Of a DNA stretch of 64,000 nt, positions 57,753 to 64,000 are shown piece by piece. The first letter of the stretch is position 1. Each line of letters starts with the position of its first letter. The position numbers were made by a program, and so were the translations under genes. A model generated the notes under the pieces. The model was not told the DNA's origin and made no database searches. It was given only the letters and a program-made list of their open reading frames with translations. The stretch spans positions 1,054-65,053 of the forward strand of contig JBGVLV010000019.1 in assembly GCA_045124465.1 (NCBI GenBank), given 5' to 3'. Source of the DNA: Candidatus Scatosoma sp. GTDB lineage: Bacteria; Bacillota; Clostridia; Christensenellales; Borkfalkiaceae.

Positions 57753-59543
57753 ATGACTAACAACAAGAAAGTTCTTCAATTCGTAGCGGACTGTCAGGCG
57801 TTTGCACAGCCCGACAAAGTCGTTTGGATCGACGGCAGCGACGCGCAGAGAGATCAGCTCCGCGAAGAGGCTTGCGCTACGGGCGAGATCATTAAGCTCA
57901 ATCAGGAACTTCTTCCCGACTGCTACTATCACCGTACCGCGGAAAACGACGTTGCGCGCGTAGAGGACAGAACGTTCATCTGCTGCGAGAACGAAGAGGA
58001 CGCGCTCCCTCATTCCATCGTTAAGTGGAAAGCCCCCAAGGACGCGTACGCGATGGTCAACGAGATCGCGAAAGGCGCTTACAAGGGCAGAACGATGTAC
58101 GTTATCCCTTATTCGATGGGCGTTGTCGGTTCGCCTTTCTCCAAGATCGGTATCGAGATCACCGATTCCATCTACGTCGTTCTCAACATGATGATCATGA
58201 CGAGAGTAGGCAAAATGTGCCTCGACCAGCTCGGCGTTGACGGCGATTTCGTCAAGGGTTTCCACGCGAAATGTAACGTAGACCCCGAAAAGAGATATAT
58301 CATGCACTTCCCCGAAGACAACACGATCATTTCCGTGAACTCCGCTTACGGCGGTAACGTGCTCCTCGGCAAGAAGTGTTTCGCGCTCCGTATCGCGACC
58401 AACCTCGGCAGAAAAGAGGGCTGGATGGCGGAGCATATGCTCATTCTCGGCGTAAAGCGCCCTCAGGACAAGGAAATGAAATACGTTGCGGCTGCGTTCC
58501 CTTCCGCTTGCGGTAAGACCAACCTTGCAATGCTCATTCCTCCCAAGCAGTACCTCGACGCGGGCTATAAAGTACAATGCGTCGGCGACGACATCGCTTG
58601 GATCCGCGTAGGCGAGGACGGCAGACTTTGGGCTGCGAACCCCGAAAACGGTTTCTTCGGCGTTGCGCCCGGTACGAACGAAAAATCCAACCCCAACGCT
58701 TTGGCGTCCACGAAGAAAGGCACGATCTTCACGAACGTGGCTTACAACCCCGAGGACGGCACCGTTTGGTGGGAAAAACTTACGAAAGAGGCGCCTAAGC
58801 ACCTCATCGACTGGAAGGGTAACGAATGGACGCCCGATATGAACGCGGACGGCAAGCACCCCGCGGCGCATCCCAACTCCCGTTTCACCGCTCCCGCGGA
58901 GAACTGCCCTTGCATCTCGCCCGAGTTCAACTCCAAAGCGGGCGTACCTCTTTCCGCGATCATCTTCGGCGGACGTCGCGCGACGACCACCCCGCTCGTA
59001 TATCAGTCGAGAGACTGGAACCACGGTACGTTCGTCGGAACGATCATGTCGTCCGAAACGACGGCGGCGGCTACCGGTGCGGTCGGCGTGCTCCGTCACG
59101 ATCCGATGGCTATGAAACCTTTCATGGGCTACTCGGTAGATCAGTACTTCCAGCACTGGATCGATATGGGCGCGAAGGTCGAGAAGAGCAAACAGCCCAA
59201 GATCTTCAACGTAAACTGGTTCCGTCAGGACGAGAACGGGAACTTTATGTGGCCCGGATTCGGCGACAATATGCGCGTGCTCGACTGGATCTTGGATCGT
59301 TGCGAAGATAAGGTAGACGCGCAGGAAACGGCGATCGGTTATCTTCCCTATGCGAAAGACATCAACATCGAGAACTGCGATATCGACGCGGCTACGCTCG
59401 ACAAGCTCCTTGTCGTAGACAAAGCGCGCTGGGCGGCAGAGGCGGAAGAGATCGAGAAGTACTATGCGGAAAACTTCGGCGACAAGATGCCGAAAGAGAT
59501 CATGGAAAATCTCGAAATCCTCAAAAAGAACTGCGCGAAATAA
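57753..59543 (+). CDS. pck: Phosphoenolpyruvate carboxykinase (GTP) (twin)
   Basis: Exact reverse-complement twin of 9152..10942. Confidence 0.95.
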   Translation: MTNNKKVLQFVADCQAFAQPDKVVWIDGSDAQRDQLREEACATGEIIKLNQELLPDCYYHRTAENDVARVEDRTFICCENEEDALPHSIVKWKAPKDAYAMVNEIAKGAYKGRTMYVIPYSMGVVGSPFSKIGIEITDSIYVVLNMMIMTRVGKMCLDQLGVDGDFVKGFHAKCNVDPEKRYIMHFPEDNTIISVNSAYGGNVLLGKKCFALRIATNLGRKEGWMAEHMLILGVKRPQDKEMKYVAAAFPSACGKTNLAMLIPPKQYLDAGYKVQCVGDDIAWIRVGEDGRLWAANPENGFFGVAPGTNEKSNPNALASTKKGTIFTNVAYNPEDGTVWWEKLTKEAPKHLIDWKGNEWTPDMNADGKHPAAHPNSRFTAPAENCPCISPEFNSKAGVPLSAIIFGGRRATTTPLVYQSRDWNHGTFVGTIMSSETTAAATGAVGVLRHDPMAMKPFMGYSVDQYFQHWIDMGAKVEKSKQPKIFNVNWFRQDENGNFMWPGFGDNMRVLDWILDRCEDKVDAQETAIGYLPYAKDINIENCDIDAATLDKLLVVDKARWAAEAEEIEKYYAENFGDKMPKEIMENLEILKKNCAK

Positions 59544-59631
59544 TATTTCGTGAACAAATATCCCGTCGGGATTTTCCCGACGGGATATTTTTTTGTCTTT
59601 CGTATCGAAGGCAAGTTTTCTCGGCGCGTTT

Positions 59632-59850
59632 TTAAAGAGAAAGCGTATCGCCGTTTAGAAGGTAGTCCGTCGTCACGTCGAAAAACCGTGCGATAAGGAG
59701 CAACGTGTCCAAATCGGGTTCGCGACTGCCAAGCTCCCAAAAACTCACCGTCTGATTGCAAACGTGAAAAATTTCTCCTAATTTCTGTTGAGATAATCCT
59801 TTTTCAAGCCGCAATTCTTTTAACGTTTTGCCAAAATAATTGTTTTTCAT
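59632..59850 (-). CDS. XRE family HTH regulator (twin)
   Basis: Exact reverse-complement twin of 8845..9063. Confidence 0.85.
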   Translation of the reverse strand: MKNNYFGKTLKELRLEKGLSQQKLGEIFHVCNQTVSFWELGSREPDLDTLLLIARFFDVTTDYLLNGDTLSL

Positions 59851-59861
59851 AAAGTTATCTT

Positions 59862-59905
59862 ACTACAAAATGTAGGAAAACACTTGACTTCCTACAAAAT
59901 GTAGG
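59862..59905. promoter_or_regulatory. Two CCTACA-N3-TGTAGG operator-like palindromes (twin)
   Basis: Exact reverse-complement twin of 8790..8833. The site at 59891-59905 fills the spacer of the promoter TTGACT (59884)...TATAAT (59907). Confidence 0.55.
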
Positions 59906-59943
59906 ATATAATTATGTTACAAAATAAATTTGGAGGTCTACAA

Positions 59944-60279
59944 ATGAAGTATTGTAGCAAATGCGGAAAAGAAATCAACGACGATGCGGTGGTTTGCGTG
60001 TATTGCGGGCGACAGGTGGAGGGAGCGAGAGCCGAGGTGCAAAAGCCGGACGCGCCGAATATGGGTTTTGCGGTGTTGGGCTTTTTCTTCCCGTTGATCG
60101 GACTGATCTTGTACTTGTGCTGGAAGAACGAAACGCCTTTAAAAGCGAAGTCGGCGGGAAAGGGCGCGTTGATCGGCGTTATCGTCAGCGTGGCGTGTTA
60201 TCTCATTTTTGCGATTTTCTTGGGAAGTTTAATGGCGTCGCTTGTGGCGGAAGTCCCCTTGGCTATGGCGTTATGTTAA
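59944..60279 (+). CDS. Zinc-ribbon domain membrane protein (twin)
   Basis: Exact reverse-complement twin of 8416..8751. Confidence 0.75.
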   Translation: MKYCSKCGKEINDDAVVCVYCGRQVEGARAEVQKPDAPNMGFAVLGFFFPLIGLILYLCWKNETPLKAKSAGKGALIGVIVSVACYLIFAIFLGSLMASLVAEVPLAMALC

Positions 60280-60476
60280 ACGGAAAAAATGAAAAAATAT
60301 CTTGTCTACCCGTGTGGTGGCAAGATATTTTTTATGCAAAAACGGAAAATGCGGTTGGGCAAGAAAAGTGTTCGCGAAAAGTTGACTTCGGTTTTCGTGG
60401 TGTGATATAATGAAGAAAAAGAAAAGTCGGGCTTGACCCGCTTTGATTTTACAAAGGAAACGAGAGGAGAACGGAA

Positions 60477-61016
60477 ATGAAAAAAGTACTGATTTTGTCG
60501 GGTAGCCCGAGAAAGGGCGGGAACTCGGATATTCTTTGCGACGAGTTTATGAAAGGCGCGCTCGACGCGGGTAACGCCGCGGAGAAAATACGCGTTTCGG
60601 AAAAGAAGATCGCGCCGTGTTCGGGTTGTTATTTTTGCAGCGACCACGGGGGCAGGTGTGCGTTCAACGACGATATGCGCGAGATCTTGGAAAAGATGAT
60701 CGCCGCCGACGCGATCGTTTTGGCAAGCCCCGTGTATTTCTATTCGATATGCGCCCAGCTCAAAGCGGTCATCGACAGAACGGTGGCGCGGTGGACGGAG
60801 ATCGTCGGGAAAGATATGTATTATATCGCGACCGCGGCGGAGGACAGCGAAACGGTGATGGACGGCACGTTGGCGTGTTTCCGCGGTTTTGCCGAATGTG
60901 TAGAGGGTAGCGTGGAGAAAGGCGTGATACTCGGAAACGGCGTTTCGGAGCGGGGCGAGATTTTAGGCAAGCCCGCGCTTTTGAAACAAGCCTACGAAAT
61001 GGGTAAGAACGTATAA
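60477..61016 (+). CDS. Flavodoxin-like NAD(P)H-dependent FMN reductase family protein (twin)
   Basis: Exact reverse-complement twin of 7679..8218. Confidence 0.8.
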   Translation: MKKVLILSGSPRKGGNSDILCDEFMKGALDAGNAAEKIRVSEKKIAPCSGCYFCSDHGGRCAFNDDMREILEKMIAADAIVLASPVYFYSICAQLKAVIDRTVARWTEIVGKDMYYIATAAEDSETVMDGTLACFRGFAECVEGSVEKGVILGNGVSERGEILGKPALLKQAYEMGKNV

Positions 61017-61320
61017 ACGGTCGGAAAAACTCCCGCCGCCCGTCCGAAACGGACGGGCGGCGGATTATAAGTTTATGTCCTTGCGCGGCGGGCATAAAAA
61101 TCGTGCGGGGCGCGGAAACTACGTACGGAAACGGAAAAAATGTTTGCCCTGTTCTTGACAAGCGGGGACGGGTGTGTTATAATGATAAAAACATATATTT
61201 GTCGAAAGAAGTCGCGTATCCCGTTCGCGGGAAATATACTGTAATAGGGGGCGTTTTTTCAACGCTCGGAATACATACCCCGCAAAACGGCGGGAAGTCA
61301 ATGAAAAACAGGAGAAGAAA

Positions 61321-61980
61321 ATGTACGAAATAAACGATCTTTACGATCTCGATCATACGCAGGCAAAACCCTATCTCTTACGGTTCAAGTACCCCTGGGA
61401 GGCGCTTGCGGGCTTGAAAGCGTTCATCGAGGAACTCGGCGAAACGCTGGATAAGAACGAATACGAAGAAATATCGCCCAAGGTCTGGGTGCATAAAACG
61501 GCGAAAGTCGCGCCGACCGCGTTTTTGGGCGCACCTTGTATCGTCGGGGCGGGAACGGAAGTTCGGCATTGCGCGTTCGTGCGCGGCAGCGCGCTCGTCG
61601 GGCAAAATTGCGTGGTCGGCAACTCCGTCGAACTCAAAAACGTTATTCTGTTCGACAACGTACAGACCCCGCATTATAACTACGTGGGCGATTCCATACT
61701 CGGCTACAAATCGCACATGGGCGCGGGTTCGATCACGTCCAACGTAAAGTCGGACAAAACGCCGATCGTCGTCAAGGACGGCGAAGAACGCATAGAAACG
61801 GGTTTGAAAAAGATGGGCGCGATGCTCGGCGATTTCGTGGAAGTGGGCTGTAACAGCGTGCTTAACCCCGGTACGGTGATCGGTCGGCGGACGAACGTAT
61901 ACCCCCTGTCGTGCGTGCGCGGCGTGGTGAAAGAGAATTCTATTTATAAAAACAAAAACGAGATAGTTTCTAAAAAATAA
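61321..61980 (+). CDS. GlmU-C-terminal-like hexapeptide-repeat acetyltransferase (twin)
   Basis: Exact reverse-complement twin of 6715..7374. Confidence 0.75.
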   Translation: MYEINDLYDLDHTQAKPYLLRFKYPWEALAGLKAFIEELGETLDKNEYEEISPKVWVHKTAKVAPTAFLGAPCIVGAGTEVRHCAFVRGSALVGQNCVVGNSVELKNVILFDNVQTPHYNYVGDSILGYKSHMGAGSITSNVKSDKTPIVVKDGEERIETGLKKMGAMLGDFVEVGCNSVLNPGTVIGRRTNVYPLSCVRGVVKENSIYKNKNEIVSKK

Positions 61981-62002
61981 AAATAAAGAGGAAATAAGCA
62001 GA

Positions 62003-63385
62003 ATGGGAAAATATTTCGGAACGGACGGTTTTCGCGGCGAGGCGAACGAGAACTTAACGGCGGAACACGCGTTCAAAGTAGGTCGGTTTTTGGGCTGGTA
62101 CTTTAACGAGAAAGTCAAACGCGAGGGCGGCGAACGCGCGCGTATCGTCATCGGTAAAGACACCAGAAGATCGGGGTATATGTTCGAATACGCACTTTCG
62201 GGCGGTATCGTATCCTCGGGCGCGGACGCTTACCTTTTGCACGTGACCACGACCCCGTCGGTCGCGTACGTGGTGCGTTCGGACGGGTTCGATTGCGGTA
62301 TTATGATCTCCGCGAGCCATAACCCGTATTACGACAACGGTATCAAGCTGTTCAACGGCGCGGGCGAGAAGATGGACGAAGAGGTGATCGCGCTCGTCGA
62401 GGCGTACCTCGACGGCAAGGTCTGCGCGTTCGGGCAGGAGCTTACCGAAGTTCCGTACGCGAAAAAGAGCGGTATCGGCAGAACGGTGGACTACGTGGCG
62501 GGCAGAAACCGCTATATCGGGTATCTGATCTCGCTCGGCATTTACAGCTTTAAGGGCGTGAAAGTGGGTCTGGACTGCGCCAACGGCAGCAGCTGGAACA
62601 TCGCGAAAAGCGTGTTCGACGCGCTCGGCGCGACCACGTTCGTAATGGGGAACGAGCCGGACGGCACGAACATCAACGACGGCGTAGGCTCGACGCATAT
62701 CGAGGCGTTGCAAAAATTCGTCGTGGAAAAGGGTCTGGACGTCGGATTCGCCTTCGACGGCGACGCGGACCGTTGTCTTTGCGTGGACGAGAAAGGCAAC
62801 CTCGTGGACGGCGATCAGATCATCTATATCTACGCGCGGTATATGAAAGAGCGCGGCAAACTCATCGGGAACACCGTCGTTACGACGATAATGTCCAACT
62901 TCGGTCTGTACAAAGGACTGGACGAACTGGGGATAAACTACGAAAAGACGGCGGTCGGGGACAAATACGTATACGAGCGTATGTCGGAAAAGGGGTATAT
63001 TCTCGGCGGCGAACAGTCGGGGCATATCATTTTCTCCAAATACGCGTGCACGGGCGACGGGCTTTTGACGAGCCTGAAAATCATGCAGGCGATGATCGAC
63101 AAAAAGACGACCCTTTCCGCGCTCGCGGGACAGATGACGGTATACCCGCAAGTCCTCAAAAACATGCGCGTCAAGGACAAAAAGGCGGCGATGTCGGACG
63201 GCGAAGTGCTTGCGGCGGTCAAGGAAGTGGAGAAACGCTTGGGCGATACGGGCAGGATCCTGGTCCGCGAATCGGGAACGGAACCGCTCGTGCGCGTAAT
63301 GGTCGAGGCGGAGAGCAAGGAAACGTGCGCCGCGTGCGTGGACGAAGTCGTGCGCGTCATCGAGAAAAACGGGCATTGCTTATAA
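62003..63385 (+). CDS. glmM: Phosphoglucosamine mutase (twin)
   Basis: Exact reverse-complement twin of 5310..6692. Confidence 0.95.
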   Translation: MGKYFGTDGFRGEANENLTAEHAFKVGRFLGWYFNEKVKREGGERARIVIGKDTRRSGYMFEYALSGGIVSSGADAYLLHVTTTPSVAYVVRSDGFDCGIMISASHNPYYDNGIKLFNGAGEKMDEEVIALVEAYLDGKVCAFGQELTEVPYAKKSGIGRTVDYVAGRNRYIGYLISLGIYSFKGVKVGLDCANGSSWNIAKSVFDALGATTFVMGNEPDGTNINDGVGSTHIEALQKFVVEKGLDVGFAFDGDADRCLCVDEKGNLVDGDQIIYIYARYMKERGKLIGNTVVTTIMSNFGLYKGLDELGINYEKTAVGDKYVYERMSEKGYILGGEQSGHIIFSKYACTGDGLLTSLKIMQAMIDKKTTLSALAGQMTVYPQVLKNMRVKDKKAAMSDGEVLAAVKEVEKRLGDTGRILVRESGTEPLVRVMVEAESKETCAACVDEVVRVIEKNGHCL

Positions 63386-63453
63386 TTTAAAGTTCGATAA
63401 CTTAAAATTCGAAAGCCTTTCCCTTGAACGGGAAAGGCTTTTCAAATATGAGG

Positions 63454-63569
63454 AAAAAACGGTAAACGATAACCGCCCCGAAATCTCGCGACTTCGAGGC
63501 GGTTACCTATATGATAAGGGGGAAAATGATGAGCTGTTTTGCGTATCTCGGTTTCCTCAACCGATTTAC
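63454..63569 (-). ncRNA. Candidate small RNA (twin)
   Basis: Exact reverse-complement twin of 5126..5241. Confidence 0.2.
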
Positions 63570-63710
63570 GAATATATTTTATCATGTTTGGAGAAAAAAG
63601 TAAAGAAAAATTTCGAAAATTTTAAAAAAAGTTAAAAAGTATATCTACGTCGCAAAAAATGTTCCGTTCTCACATTTTTGCGGGTTCGGATATAGAAAAA
63701 CTTCCAAAAG

Positions 63711-64000
63711 CTACATAATCCGACAGAGCAGACAGCATAACGCGACGGAAACGAGATAGGAAAACACGGCGATGAGCAAGGCGAGCGTGAGTTTTTTTCG
63801 TTTCAGACCCGCGAAATACACCGCGCCGATATAGAAAATGGTTTCCGACGACCCGTACGCCACGCACGCGCACCGCGCGGCATAGCTGTCCACGCCGTAA
63901 CGGGCGAGTATCTCCGAAAGCACGGCGATCGCGCCGCTGCCCGAAAGGGGCTTGACGAGCAGGAGCGGGGCGATCTCGTCGGGTATGCCCGTAAAAGAGA
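63711..64000 (-). CDS. spmB: Spore maturation protein B, N-terminally truncated by the window edge (twin)
   Basis: Reverse-complement twin of 4695..4984. The C-terminal sequence ...AVLSEILARYGVDSYAARCACVAYGSSETIFYIGAVYFAGLKRKK...CRIM is identical. Confidence 0.8.
   Translation of the reverse strand, partial: SFTGIPDEIAPLLLVKPLSGSGAIAVLSEILARYGVDSYAARCACVAYGSSETIFYIGAVYFAGLKRKKLTLALLIAVFSYLVSVALCCLLCRIM

Overview
The window is a single chromosomal segment folded back on itself. It comes from a GC-rich, probably spore-forming Bacillota (Clostridia-like) organism, judged from spmA/spmB, a T-box leader, a glycine riboswitch and strong Shine-Dalgarno (SD) sites. Positions 4695-34347 recur as an exact reverse complement at 34348-64000 (x maps to 68695-x). 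There is no spacer, and the axis lies in the loop of the terminator hairpin downstream of a DUF1538/P-II-like gene cluster. Every ORF in the left arm has a twin with an identical translation, so the second half carries no independent information. The right arm is cut by the window end, so 4695 is not a true boundary. The most likely cause is a fold-back sequencing or assembly chimera. A real palindrome would be extraordinary and is cheap to test. The unique content is ordinary core metabolism. It includes a TatD-linked radical SAM gene, tatD, metG, spmAB, glmM with a GlmU-C-like acetyltransferase, a flavoprotein, and an XRE regulator paired with a zinc-ribbon membrane protein. It also includes GTP-PEPCK and proBAC. 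An 11-gene branched-chain amino-acid operon sits behind one T-box (leuA-ilvB-ilvN-ilvC-ilvD-leuC-leuD-leuB-DUF815-ilvA-ridA). Beyond it lie ilvE, a glycine-riboswitch-controlled AGCS symporter, galM, and a duplicated-DUF1538 membrane protein followed by two P-II-like proteins. I found no rRNA, tRNA, CRISPR array, transposase, integrase or phage genes. The items worth a second look are: the palindrome and its centre; the DUF1538/P-II/P-II module; a 27-nt tandem array splitting ilvB from ilvN; an array of six mini-hairpins between metG and tatD; a Q/N-rich extension on the radical SAM protein; a DUF815 ATPase inside the ilv-leu operon; and several shared promoter-proximal motifs.
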